Assembly (NCBI GenBank): GCA_964016885.1
Contig: OZ024746.1
Coordinates: 92,256,001-92,320,000 of the forward strand
Direction: 5' to 3'
DNA from: Eledone cirrhosa
Lineage: Eukaryota
DNA: 64,000 nucleotides
The notes beneath the pieces are model-generated. The model was not told the origin of the DNA, made no database searches, and saw only the letters and a list, made by a program, of their open reading frames with translations. Shown here piece by piece: positions 26,108 to 39,965 of the stretch; the first letter of the stretch is position 1, and each line of letters opens with the position of its first letter. A program made the translations under genes and the position numbers.

Positions 26108-26179
<72 letters not shown>

Positions 26180-26374
26180 CATGTGGAAGCTTAGTAAAAT
26201 CGAAGCTTTGGCTGTGGGCAAGCAAAGTCGACCTACAATATGAATGAGTTAGCAAAACACTCAATAAGGGTAGGTCCTTAGAGTAATAACATACGTTTAA
26301 ATAGCTTGACAAATTGAACATTGTGGTAGGCAAAACCTAACACACAATACCAGAGCAACGAAAAAACTAACAGG

Positions 26375-26439
<65 letters not shown>

Positions 26440-26626
26440 AGGCACACAAGCAGAAGGATGTGTGGTTTTTCCTGCTGGCAGCATATCAATAAATCGAATT
26501 CATTATATCTGAAGATACCGTTCACATAACAACAACAAATGCATGAAGGACTTCTCAATTGCATGGAGAACCATGGAAATAATTATAATGATTAAACGAT
26601 TTATGTAACATCACCATTTTATTTTG

Positions 26627-26668
<42 letters not shown>

Positions 26669-27104
26669 TAGGCAGGTAAGCAGTAAACTGCACTGATGAA
26701 GGGTAATCACCCAGAAACATTAGTGTTTGCAGTTCTGTTTGCATGCCAACACAAGATCAAGAATGAGGGGTTCATTCTACTGACATGGTTTATAAAAGAG
26801 GCTGTTTGTATAATTACAAACGAATCGAATATTATTATTAACATTTGAAAAACTCTGATTACATTTATTATATACAAGCTGGCCCGTCCGGCTGGCGCTC
26901 GGCTAGGTATACCCCGCCCCACTCCACTGCAAAGATACTACACACCCTCCCGTGTCACATTGTCCTTCCGACTCTCTCTCTCTCTGAATAACTAACACTT
27001 TAATTGTATGTCTCTCTGTCTAACGGCCTATCTTTCTCTTTTCCCCCTCCCTCTGTTTTTCTGTCTCTCTCTGTAGATGTGTGTGTGTAGTTTCCCTAAT
27101 CTTA

Positions 27105-27144
<40 letters not shown>

Positions 27145-27439
27145 GTGTATATATTGAAGGGATGTACGAAAACTAAAGTGTTGTTATATAGAGAGTGAAG
27201 AGTGACAGAGAGAGTAAAGCAGTTAAATTATATAGAGGGGGAATAATCTTACATACATACATGGCGGCTGCCAACTCGTTTTCGAGTACGGCCACTACTT
27301 TATATCCATGTAGGAGAACCCCTACCGATGCGCTGAACGAGTGTGACTTTTTAGTCCAGCCAGCGACTTGAAAACTCTGGTACAAACACTACACTTGTGA
27401 CAATTATTGACACATAGTGCTGTCCCATGGTACCATGTG

Positions 27440-27944
27440 ACGACAAGTGCAGGACGGAACCTTGATGAACACCAACCTATACACTAAATTCTTCAATATA
27501 GACATTGTTAATTCTAGCTTAATTGACTGTATCTTTATAAATGGCTTGTATAGCTCTCACAAGCCATTCATCTACACCTAGTTTTCTAATAGCCCACCAG
27601 ATAATGGAGCGGGGTACTCTGGCAAAGGCTTTCTCCAAGTCAGCAAAAGCTAAGTAGAGGGTTTTACTTTTAGCTAGGATCTTCTCCTGTAGTTACCGTA
27701 CAAGGAAAAGAGCATCCGTGGTACTTTTACCTGGCACAAACCCAAACTGCATTTCATCTAGATCAATTCGGTCCCCAGTCAGCTGTACGATAACTCTTTC
27801 TGTGACCTTCATGACCGGGTCAACTAACTTAATGCCTTTATAATTTTCTCTGTCTAGAGCGTCTCCTTTGCCATTGTAACAGTTGACGATGATGCTATCA
27901 CGCCAGCCATTTGCTATGACCCCGTTTCGTATTACTTGGCTTAC

Positions 27945-27945
<1 letters not shown>
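27440..27945 (-). pseudogene. RTE reverse transcriptase fragment
   Basis: NCYNGKGDALDRENYKGIKL...QFGFVPGKSTTDALF. Confidence 0.88.
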
Positions 27946-28010
<65 letters not shown>

Positions 28011-28561
28011 TATATATAAACAAAATTACAATTTGATTTTTCGTTCTAACATAGTGTATTACGTAAATGTAAATATGGATTATATCGAATAATAATTGTT
28101 TCTACTTTTGGCACAAGGTCAGCAATTACCCAGTGTATTACTGGTACTTTATTTTATCGACCCTGTAAGGATGAAAGGCAAAGTTAACGTTGGCGGGATT
28201 TGAACTCAGACCATAAAGGGCCGTAACTCTTTGCTGCAAAGCATGGCGCCCGACCCTCTACCGATACTGCCATAATAATAATAATGATATTATTATTATT
28301 ATTATATATTTTCAACAGTAATTCTATACTATATACTTTTTATTTACAATCGACTTTTCGTCAAATCGGACCGAGGAAACAATGTTTCCATTGGTCTTTC
28401 CAATTGCTAATACTATCTATCGGTCGCAACTCCAGGTAGAAGGAACAACATGAAATAAAGTGCCTTGCTCAAGGACACAATGCATCGCCCTGTCCCGGAA
28501 TCGAACTCACAACCTCACAATTGTCAATCCAGTTCTCTAACCACTCAGCCACACGCCTTCA

Positions 28562-29140
28562 CTATATATTTTCAACAGTAATACTGTACTATATATTTTC
28601 AACAGTACTACTGTACTATACTATATATTTTCAACAGTAATGCTGTACTACCCTATATATTTTCAACAGTAATGCTGTACTACCCTATATATTTTCAACA
28701 GTAATACTATACTATATATTTTCAACAGTAATACTGTACTACACTATATATTTTCAACAGTAATGCTGTACTACCCTATATATTTTCAACAGTAATGCTG
28801 TACTACCCTATATATTTTCAACAGTAATACTATACTATATATTTTCAACAGTAATACTACACTATATATTTTCAACAGTACTACTGTACTATACTATATA
28901 TTTTCAACAGTAATACTACACTATATATTTTCAACAGTAATACTGTACTATACTATATATTTTCAACAGTAATGCTGTACTACCCTATATATTTTCAACA
29001 GTAATACTATACTATATATTTTCAACAGTAATACTGTACTATACTATATATTTTCAACAGTAATACTGTACTATACAATATATTTTCAACAGTAATACTG
29101 TACTATACAATATATTTTCAACAGTAATACTATACTATAC
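28562..29140. repeat. 28-35-bp variable minisatellite, about 18 copies
   Basis: Core tatattttcaacagtaatactgtacta. Confidence 0.93.
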
Positions 29141-29224
29141 AATAATATTATAGTAACTCTGTTCAATTCAGTATTTGTGCCAACCCTCACCTATGAATAT
29201 TTGGCAATGAACAAAACAATATAA

Positions 29225-29622
29225 TCGTGAATACAAGCAGCCGAAATGGGGTTCCTCCAAGGGTCTTTGGAGTAACGTTACTTGATAGAGTGTATAGCTC
29301 AGAGATAAGAGAGTTATTCCAGGTAGAGCCACTACTTCTCCAAATTGAGAGATCACAGCTCTGATGCTATGGGCATGTGGTTAGAATGTCTCAGGAAAGA
29401 ATTGCTGGACATATTTCATGGGCAATACCAACCGGCAGGAGACCCAAAGGTAGACCCCGAGCAAAATGGTTGGATAACATCCATGAGCTTAGCTGGTCTT
29501 GCTTGGGGATCCAGCCGGATCAGTTGGAGACATTTGCTTCTGAAAGGACCTGATGGAAGGAGTGTTTGATGACTCTGACTCCAAGACCCTCTCAGGAATA
29601 AGTGGACGAAGAAGAAGAAGAA
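29225..29622 (+). mobile_element. RTE (Expander/Rex3-like) 3' fragment with (GAA)n tail
   Basis: QAAEMGFL...VTLLDRV...EPLLLQIERSQL..YGHV. Related copies at 22146-22395(-) and 49210-49453(+). Confidence 0.75.
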
Positions 29623-30385
29623 TACCAGTCCTATACTGGGGTCAATTCATTTACTATCACTCTTTATCACTTTCTCTTGTTCTCTTTCTCACTCAATCTT
29701 TCTCTGGAAGAAATTGGCTGATGATGTCACCAGGAGCTAAGGGCTCCTTTCCTTTGTCATGAATATGTCTTTGGTATATTATGAACCAAAGCTTCCATCA
29801 CACCAGCCAAAAGTTATTCACAGAAAACAAGTTAACAATATCAAACCGTAGAACCAAAACAACAATTTCTCCAATTATATTTCTTTCTTGATCCATTCAT
29901 AAAAATATTCTCTATTTGTTTTCCTTATATTTTTTTCATTCTTCCTTCATTTCTCTTCTTTTATGTTTTTCTATAAAATTTGTACGTTTTATAGAAATTT
30001 CCTTCCTTCTCCTTTCTTCTCAACATTACTAAACTGGTTTTTGCTCTTGACTTTTAACAAAAGCCAAATTATAGTATCAACAAATATATTTTAACTTCAG
30101 CTTCACTTAGACATCTTGATAAATATACGTTACCATTGTGGAAGTATTTCTGTTAATGTGAGATAAATGAGAGCAATGTGTAAATAACATGTTCTATATT
30201 CGCTAATGTTATACCATTCAGTTGATTTCAGGGTTAAAAATGGAAAAATTATGCTTAATTAGAACTGAGTGCACTTAACTAGCAGAAATTTATTCTTTAA
30301 AGCAATTTTGAAAGAGTAATTTTTATGTTAGAAAAGGCTAGCGCAATTTAGCTGATGAGCAGTTATGTTTTTGTATGTATGTATG

Positions 30386-30477
<92 letters not shown>

Positions 30478-30971
30478 AGAGAGAGCATGTATACACACAT
30501 GTATGAATACATGCATGCATGTATTCATACATACACACATACATACACACACATATATACATACACACACACTCACACACACACATACACATTACATACA
30601 TACACACATATATACATATACACACACATACATACACACATATATACATACAAACATACGTACACACACACATACACGCACATACATACATACACACATA
30701 TATGTACATACACACACATATATATACATACAAAACATACGTACACATACACATACATACATATACACACACATACATACACATATATACATACAAACAT
30801 ATGTACATACACACATACATATGTACATACATACATACACACATATATATCTATACACACACATGCATACACACATATATACATACACACATATATACAT
30901 ACACACATACATATATACACATACATGATGGCTGCCCCCCCCCCCGTTATCGAGTATTGCCATTGCACGAG

Positions 30972-31017
<46 letters not shown>

Positions 31018-31056
31018 ATATTAACATATGGAAACTATATTTATAAAACCATATTT

Positions 31057-31120
31057 ATTTCATTATACATATTTCAAGGGCCACCAAGGCAGATTATGGT
31101 GCGCTTTCATCAGATAAAAT
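31057..31120 (-). ncRNA. Hammerhead ribozyme-like motif, same family as 47158-47220
   Basis: attttat-CTGATGA-aagcgcacca..tggtggccctt-GAAA-tatgtat-a-atgaaat. Confidence 0.6.
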
Positions 31121-31279
31121 AAAATATAGATTAGTTTTATAAATAAATATTGACATATATACATAAATATTAACATTTGTTAATATATTGTATATTTACT
31201 CCAATATTTTGTTGAGTGCTTTATATCAGTTATAAAAAATATTTTCCTTGTTGCATCACAACAAATTAAATATAACCTC

Positions 31280-31339
<60 letters not shown>

Positions 31340-31411
31340 TAACAATAATAATAATAATAACAACAATAATAATAACGACAACAACAACAATAATGATATA
31401 CATATATATAT

Positions 31412-33573
31412 ACACACACACACACACCCACGATAGCAATTAACGGCGCTGTGATCGAATGTGGCTTTTTAGCCCAGCCAATGATCTAAAATGTCTTGCA
31501 CAGAGCCGGCAACCAAAACATTCACTGGAAATAGCCGGCTGTGGTTGGAGTTCATGTACTTTTGCATGTCGTTTGAGCCCTCCTGCTGATTTACATTCTC
31601 TGCCACATGTTTGGCAGGCATGATGAATAGCATCCCCAACAGCAGCCTGGTAGTCAACCACTGGTCTCACTTTATGACTGCGAAGATGACTTTCGAGTCC
31701 AGCTTTGCTTAGGCAGATTCTCACACAGATGCTGCATGTCAGCGCCATAGGAGGACCTTCGCCGTCTGGGAATGCAACAGTAATGCCTTCCTCACATCCC
31801 GCTTTACTTTCTCGCATGAAATTCGAGATCCCTCAAAGGCAACTTTTCCCTCATATACAGTCTTTCTCCATTTATTACCATCAGCAGCAATATTTTCCCA
31901 TGTATCAGCAGAGATGTTAGCGTCTTTCAAAGAGGCTTTCAACGAATCCTTATACCTCTATTTTGGTTTATGTGGCGGTCGTTTTCCTTTAACTAACTAT
32001 CCATAAAAGAGCTGTTTTGGTCTCCTAGAATCCTTCATCTTGGCAAGGTGACCACTCAATCGGAATCTTTGCTTAAGCACAAGAGCTTCTATACTGTCAC
32101 ACAGAGAGCTTTCCAAAATCTCGACATCACTGGTGTGGTCCCTCTAGTGAACGCCATGGATCCGTCTGAGACACATCTGATGGAAACGCTCCAATTGCTT
32201 AAGGTGGTGTCGATATGTGACCCAGGTCTCGCAGGCATAAAGAGGAGAGGAGAGCACACATGCCTTGTACTCCTTTACCTTTGTCTTCTTGCATATGTAT
32301 CGCCGACCCCAGAGTCGCCTTTCTAGCTTTCCGAAAGCATCACTTGCTTTCCTAATCCTAAGTGAGATTTCACTATCAAGGTTGCTGTATCGATTGACAG
32401 TGCTTCCCAGGTAGACAAACTGATCAACCACTCCAAGTCGTTTACCATACACATAGATATTTGGTTCACTGTACTGCCTACCAGGGGCAGGTTGGTACAT
32501 GACGACGGTTTTTTTTAGACTGACAGTCAATCCTAGGGCAGTGCAAGCATCAGAAAATGCATTCAAAATGTGCTGCATATCACTCTCTGTGTGCGCTACA
32601 AGATCGCAATCATCTGCATACAAGAGGTCTCTTATGATTGATGTAAATACTTTTGTCTTTGCAGCAAAGCGCCTGATGTTAAGTATGCTGCCTGAGGTTC
32701 GATATCGGATGTAAACACCATGCTCGCAATTCCTGAATGCAATACAGAAAACCATTGCAAAGTATATGGCAAACAGGGTCGGTGCTGGAATATCCCCCTG
32801 TTTCACTCCATTTTTTATTGAGATAGGCTCCGACATTAACCCAAGCCTTCATGTCGTCATGGAAAGACCTAACCAAAGCAAGGAACTTATCGGGGCAACC
32901 AAGTTTCTGGAGAACCTTCCATAATGCATTTCTGTTAACAGTATCGAAAGCTTTTGTCAGATCGACAAAAACCTGATACAGATCCAAACCTTGTTCCATA
33001 CACTTCTCCTGGAGCTGTCTAGCTGAGACGATCATATCAGTAGTGCCGCGTCCAGCACGAAAACCAGATTGACTTTCAGGAAGAACACAATCTGCAATGT
33101 GTATCAGCAGACGGTCCAGAAGCACCCTACATAAAACTTTCCCTACGACAAAAAGCAATGATATGCCTCTGTAGTTCCCACAATCATTCTTGTTACCCTT
33201 TCCCTTGTACAAGACCACCATTACTGCATCTCTCCAGTCCTCAGGTACGGATTCATTAGCTCATATCCTGCCAAACAAAGAGTGAAGATGTTGCAGGAGT
33301 CTCTCACCACCATATTGTAGGAGCTCAGCATGTATGCCATCCATACCTGGAGACCTTCCACTGTTCAGCTTCGAGATAGCCACTGCAACCTCCACAGGCG
33401 TCGGAGGTTCTGCGAAAGCTACTTTCACAGGACTTTCTGGAATGAGATGAGGAAATCTTCATTGACGACAGACGGCTGATTCAAAAGATCATCAAAATGT
33501 TCTCGCCACCTTCGTAGAATTCCTTGTGAGTCACGAAGAAGTTCTTTGCCATCCTTGCTGTGAAGCGGTATCA
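31412..33573 (-). mobile_element. 5'-truncated RTE/BovB-like LINE (frameshifted RT plus three C-terminal C2H2-like fingers), (TG)n tail
   Basis: YKGKGNKNDCGNYRGISLL, PESQSGFR, FVDLTKAFD, GVKQG, LLYADD, FVYLGS; three CxxC..S.AGL.(S/R)H motifs. Confidence 0.93.
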
Positions 33574-33957
33574 ACGGGTTGTCCTGCTGTGGGCAGTGTC
33601 CGGTCGGCTGACCTTGTCTTGCTCATACAGGAACTGATTCTGGCTTGATTTCTACAGCTGGATGCCCTTCCTAACACCAACCTCATTTATAGTGAGTGCT
33701 GGGTGCTTTCTTCTGTGGCGCCTACACGTCCACTTTTACAGTGTGGGCTGGGTGCTTTTTTTGCCGTGGCACCTCCACGACCACAGTGGAATGATAGGGA
33801 CCCCAGTTCTATCATCTCATTTCTACAGCTGAGTAAACTGGAGCAATGTGAAATAAAGGGTCTTGCTCAAGGAAACAACACATCACCCGGTCCGAGAATT
33901 GAACTCACAACTTTTCGATTGCAAGCCCAATGCTCTAACCACTAAGCCATACGCCTT

Positions 33958-34190
33958 CCTTATTCATAAAAAAGAACATTTATGTTCCTTTTTTTGAAAT
34001 TTATATATTTCCTTTCAAGGAATGTATTTATATTCTCAGCTGCCTGCAATGGTATCTTTGGAATATTGTTAATCAATTTTTTAGTAATCGGCTGATATCA
34101 AAATCAGTAGTATATTGAAAAATGGAAAAATGGGGAGGGGGGGGGGGGGCGTTTCATGATTTCGAGGCCTAAATGCGTTGAGAACCTGTG
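33958..34190. mobile_element. Inverted hAT terminal fragment
   Basis: Reverse complement of 35883-36127, ending GTTGAGAACCTGTG. Confidence 0.85.
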
Positions 34191-34826
34191 TTTTAGATAA
34201 TATACCAAGTCACTCAGTAAATGTAAAAGATCTTTCAGATAATGTGGGAGCAGAATCACTAGTATAACCACTTATCTAGCCCAAATGTCTAGGATTTCAA
34301 TGAAATTAAATACAGGGAAATGAATCATATAACTACATTTGCGTTGGTGTCCCCTCGTACGTCCACCTTCAACAGTTCCTTGCATAATGATCTTGCACAG
34401 GCTGTCAACAACACTATATACCGAACACAAAAGATTTACATCCATGAAATATTGATATTAATTGGTCAATACTATAACAACAACAGCAGTAACAACAATA
34501 TCTGTAGCGACAACAATGAATGTTTTCAACACCAGACTGTTGTAAAACAACTACAACAAACAGAATCACATTCTGTCCCGTGGTGGAAACAACAAATACA
34601 TTGAAACAAAAACAACTCTTAATTATTTACAACAATTATTCTCTATTATTTTGTTTCTGAAAAATCTTGTATACGAATATTAACTGCCAAAATTTGAAGT
34701 AGGTGTAAAAGCCAAACTCGCTATCTTCAATTTGGTATTCATACCAACACTTACATAATAATGAGAAAGTTAGATACATGACCAAAACAGTGGCTTTCAT
34801 TAAAAAATATGGCAATAAATTGGTAT

Positions 34827-35131
34827 CAGTTGTCCCCGGTATTCAGAGGGGTTACGTTGCTAGAGCTCCCACGAAGAGTAAAAAACCGCGAATATTGGAC
34901 GTGGTCCATAAAAAGGCCTATAAATGTCAAAACATAATGTAAAATATAAGCCGTTAATAATTTAGCGTTAAAAAGTGTGAAAAAATATATATTGCCACGA
35001 AAAAGGGCATAAAAATTGCGGCAGATTCTTACGATTCCGTGAATATGCAGTGGTTTCCATGAACTATTATTAATTAGGTTCTAAGGAAAATTCTGCGAAT
35101 AACTGGCACCACAAATGCCAAGGGTATACTG
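34827..35131. mobile_element. Tigger/pogo-like MITE
   Basis: cagttgtccccggtattc..ggggttacg start, gggtatactg|ta end and repeated gcgaata motifs. Confidence 0.55.
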
Positions 35132-35882
35132 TATTCCATCTATTATAATTTTACTTATATATTTTTCTATTTTTTTTAATCTAAATTATTACTAAAGTTT
35201 AAAAGAAATTTAGTAAGTTGTTTATTTTTTATTTTATCTTATTTTATTCCTATTTTTATTTTACTGAAACTGAAACTAATTTTGTTCGAAATAAACTAAA
35301 CAATTCTAAAGAAACTCTAGAAATGTTTTCACAATCTCATCAATCATCTTCACCTAACTGTTTATGGAATAATCACGACTGTTTCTTATAGAAAACATTT
35401 GTGAAAATAAACATAAAAACTCAGTGATGGTGTTAATCTATACATTTATTGATGATTTAATTGATCTATCACGTTATACTTGCACTTATTGATTTCTTTG
35501 ATAGCTTTAGACAATTACGTGCAGGTAGCTAATATACATGTTAGTGTGTGTGTTGTGTCTATATTTCTGTGTCTTGGATGTATGTTAGTGTGTGTGTGTC
35601 GATGTGTCTTGTGTATGTGTGTATGTATTTTGTCACAATGTCTTGTATGTGTGTATGTGTGTCAGTGTGTGTGTTGTGTCAGTGTGTTTGTATGTATTTC
35701 TGTGTGTCTTGTGTATGTATGTGTTTGTGGCACAGTGTCTTGTCTGTGTATGTGCATCTGTGTGTGTATGTGTGTCAGTGTGTGTATGTGTGTCAGTGTG
35801 TGTATGTATGTCAGTGTATGTGTGTCTGTGTTTGTCAGTACTCGTGTACGAGAGTGCTAAATATATTTCTATTTGTCTATAC

Positions 35883-37745
35883 CACAGGTTCTCAACCCAT
35901 TTAGGCCAAACGCCCCCTTTTGACCCTCGAAATCACGAAACGCCCCCTACCCTCTTTTTCCATGTTTCAATATACTACTGATTTTGATATCAGTAGATTA
36001 CTAAAATACTGATTAACAATATTCCAAAGATACGATTGCAGGTAGTTGAGAGTATAAATACTTTCCTTGAAAGGAAATATATAAATTTCAAAAAAAGGAA
36101 CATAAATGTTCTTTTTTATGAATAAGGACCAGTTGAATTTGTTATATTCCCACCAGGCGATTCCAGTTATTTTGAACAGTTATACAAGAGCAACTCTGTC
36201 TATCCCAAGAGTGCTCTTATCTGGAAGAAAGTGGCAATTATATCATTTCAAAGCTTTTCAATTTTCCCTTTAATGAAACGGACAGAATAAATGTTGATAT
36301 CTAACTTGATGTCCCCTCTGCTTTGTGAGCTTAGAGACCACGGAAGAGGGTTTTCATGACTATATAAGAGGGTATATTTATTAGTAAATGGTAAAATATA
36401 TACAACAAATGAGTAAGTGAATTGTAGTAGATGGTTTCCAGTCCAGTCAGACTGCAACTACAAATAAAAAATCTTTTAGTTTGCTTTGTAACAATAGCAT
36501 ATCCAAGTTTTCGGATAAATCAACTTACTTTGACCTCATTTCAATGGAACCCTTGAGCTTCATAGAGTCTAGCTAACTCTTTGACGTGGGGTTGAATTTT
36601 CGTAAGATGTAGCCAGCGATCTTCACGTGAAATTACACTGCAGCGGTTGCGAGACTTACTGTGCAGTCTGGAAACAACACTAAACCTCCTCTCGACTAAG
36701 TATGAGCTTGGCAAAGGCAGAGCAAATCTCTTAGCCTCTGCTTGTAGGAGTGGAAATCGACGCTGAATTTCTTCTTGCATCCAAAAAAGGGGTTCACCTA
36801 TTTTGGAAAATCTAATTTTGATCATGTCATCTGCTTGAAGTTCAATGAATTCTTCCTGAAATTTAAAGTCCAAATCGTCGACGGTTTGAAGGGATCTGCT
36901 ATGAAGGGATCTGCTATCCACATTGGGATATCCATCAGCAAAAGGTCAACAAACTATTCTCTCATGTTGTCTTGTAGTGCACGGGGGTGAGCGGTATAAA
37001 TTTGGAGTTGATCATCGCTTACAATGTTTTGAACATTGGCGACAATAGGAAAATTATAGAATTCCCGTCAACAAAGATTCCTTTCGATGACATTCAATTT
37101 CGCCAGGAATTTTTTCACAGCATTCCTTGCTTTAAGCAAGGTGATCTTCTTCCCCTGCAAAACCATAATGAGGCTATTACATTTGTCAAAGATGTTAGCG
37201 AGGTAGGCGCAGTCTTGCCTCACATTGATGGTTTTCTCGTACACTTCTGTGTTGCGACCTCGAAGAAACTCAATGATAGAGTCGAACAGTTCAAAGAAGT
37301 GAGTAAGGCACTTGCCCTTTGAAAGCCACCTCACTTCTGTATGAAGGAGCAATTTGACGAATTCTTCGTCATTATCTTGGCACAGTTGCCGAAAAATTCG
37401 TTCATTGAGGGAATGGCGTTTGATAAAATTGATGATATCATTGGCCACCTGCAAGGACTTGCTCAGCGGCTCACTGAGTTTCTTCGCAGCCAAGTGTTGT
37501 CGATGAATGACACAATGAACAGCAAATACAGATAGATTTTCTCTCTTCAGAAGAGTGACGAAACCCTTACGTTGGCCGACCGTTGCTCTTGTGTCGTCCG
37601 TAGCACATGATACAATGTGTGTTGTATGTAGTCCTAGATGTATGTATTACCTGACGCCCCCTTGCTCCAAAACGCCCCCCCCCCCCTCCCCTGGAGTTGC
37701 AAAACGCCCCCTGGAGGTGCATATTCCCCCCGTTGAGAACCTTTG
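35883..37745 (-). mobile_element. hAT Charlie/Buster element, internally deleted, with a ZBED8/SCAND3-like transposase pseudogene (36541-37610)
   Basis: TIRs CACAGGTTCTCAAC and GTTGAGAACCTTTG; motifs HCVIHRQHLAAK, LLLHTEVRWLSKG and dimerisation motif PSSYLVERRFS. Confidence 0.92.
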
Positions 37746-38539
37746 ATCTAAAAGAAACATACCTACTTTTCTGTAGCATAGCAAAACAAAGTTGATAAAG
37801 CAGTCTGTGCAAAGGTTCTTAATCATCCAAACCTTTTTTTTTTTTTTTTTGTTTGAACGCTAAATCACAAGTAAATTCAACATAGTCCTTGAAAGCCATG
37901 GTATTTTCTAAGTGAGACATAAGCAAGGACTTTAATCTCATCCTTAACAGCATTTCCTCCCAGAAGAAGTCTCAGACAATTTTTGGAGACATTAATGCTA
38001 CGTACTAATTTATTTTCCACGAGAAATAAAAGGTCTGACAGGCATACACTTCCAGAAAAGTCTAGTTTCCTCATTTTATGTTCTCTTTCCACACTGGCCT
38101 GGATTGGTTGGGTTGTCGTAGTCTGAGACCAGATGGATTGCTTGGATATTTAGCATGGTTTCTATGGTGAGATGTCCTTCATAATGTCAACCACCTTACA
38201 GAGTGTATTAGTAGCATTTTTTCATGGCACCAACTCTACCACCATACAGAGTGTACTGGGGGCTTTTTTTTTTGTGGCACCAAATCTAACACTATACAGG
38301 GGGGGGGGGTGTAATTTTATCCTAGCACCAGCACTACCACTTTACAGAACGTACTGAAAGTAAGTCATGTTAGAAATAAAAACATCAAAATTAGTGGTGT
38401 CTTGTTCATTTGTTAATTCTTATCCATGTGATGTGAGAAAATCACGTTCCCCCACGGTAATATCACTTCACACCACAACAAAGGAGTACAACTTCTTGTT
38501 TCCTTGAACATGGCAAAACTTCTCTTGGCTCACTGCGAC

Positions 38540-38615
<76 letters not shown>

Positions 38616-39140
38616 TTAAACAAAAGAAATATAAAAAATAAGCATGGGGTCGACATGATCAACTAAATCTGAAAACGGTGCCACAGCATGGCCACAGTCA
38701 CATGACTGAAACCAATAAAAGAATAAAATAATTGCAACATGAAATTAGTGAATAATTAAAACAAACTGTTCAGCATTTCATCGTCTTCCCGTGGAGTAAG
38801 CTTACATCTCGGATAATAGCTTTTATTCCACTTCTTTCAAACTAACAGCTACAAATATCTGTTATTTGAATTCATCAATATTATGAGTTTTCTGCCCTTT
38901 AAATGATATTGTCAGTGTACTAGATACATCAGAAGGAAGCTTATTAATAGTTTTACATGCTTTTAATGCTGCCCTACCACTTTCACCAATCTATTATTAT
39001 TATTATTATTGGGGGGAGGGGGGGGGGGGGGGTACTATTTCAGCAACTGCAGTCATTGTCCGACTTCAAAACATACAGATTATATCTTCTGTGTGTGTGT
39101 GTATGTTTGTGTGTGGGCCTGTATGTCTGTGTATGTGTCT

Positions 39141-39186
<46 letters not shown>

Positions 39187-39339
39187 CTGTGTGTGTGTGT
39201 CTGTATGTGTATATGTCTGTGTGTGTGTGTGTCTGTATGTCTGTGTGTTGTGTGTGTTTTTGTGTCTGTCTGTGTGTGTTTGTGTTTGTGTGTACTTGGG
39301 ACTGAGTGTGTGTGTCCATGTGTGTGTGCCTGCATGTGT

Positions 39340-39965
39340 AATTCTGCCTGTATCACAGCCCTCTCACCCTGCCACCCCATCACCCTACCTCTCCAGTGAT
39401 ATTTTCATTTCCTTCCGCATCCTCTCTTCTGACCCCGTCACTTCTTGCTTCTGTCTCCCCCCCCCCCCCCCGATCACTACCTTTACACATGCTCATAATC
39501 TCCATGACCTCCAGGCACGTAGTTCCTGTCCTTCCTCTCCTAAGACTCCACCCAGCTCCTGCCCTGTTCTCACCCGCACTGTAACACCTGTCCCTTCATT
39601 TCTAGCCTCATCACTCTTACAAGCACAAATGGTTCATTCCGTATCCGCCACTCCTTCACCTGCACATCCACCCACATAGTCTATGCCCTCCCATGTTCCC
39701 TTTGCGGGGTCCTTATACATCGGACAAACAAGTCGCTGTTTGGCAAACCATTGTAGTGAACACTTGAAGGACATACAACTCGACATGGATACTCCCATTG
39801 CTTGTCATTTCCGTTCCCCAGGTCACTCTTCCCTAAATGTCTCAGTCCTTGGTGTCCTTTTACATCACGGATCACTGGCCTTGTGAACCAGGACTGAGCA
39901 GAGTCTGATTTTTTAACCTTGGGTCATGTTTCCCTAATGGATTCAACTCCCCTCCCCAATTTCTT
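39340..39965 (+). pseudogene. Penelope-like element GIY-YIG endonuclease fragment
   Basis: HSFTCTSTHIVYA..C..CGSLYIGQTSRCLANHCSEHLKDI...PIACHF, preceded by a PP..F....NL.D linker. Confidence 0.85.

Noticed and set aside
31440-31817. Host C2H2 zinc-finger gene
   Set aside because: Contiguous and co-oriented with the RTE RT pseudogene and followed by its tail.
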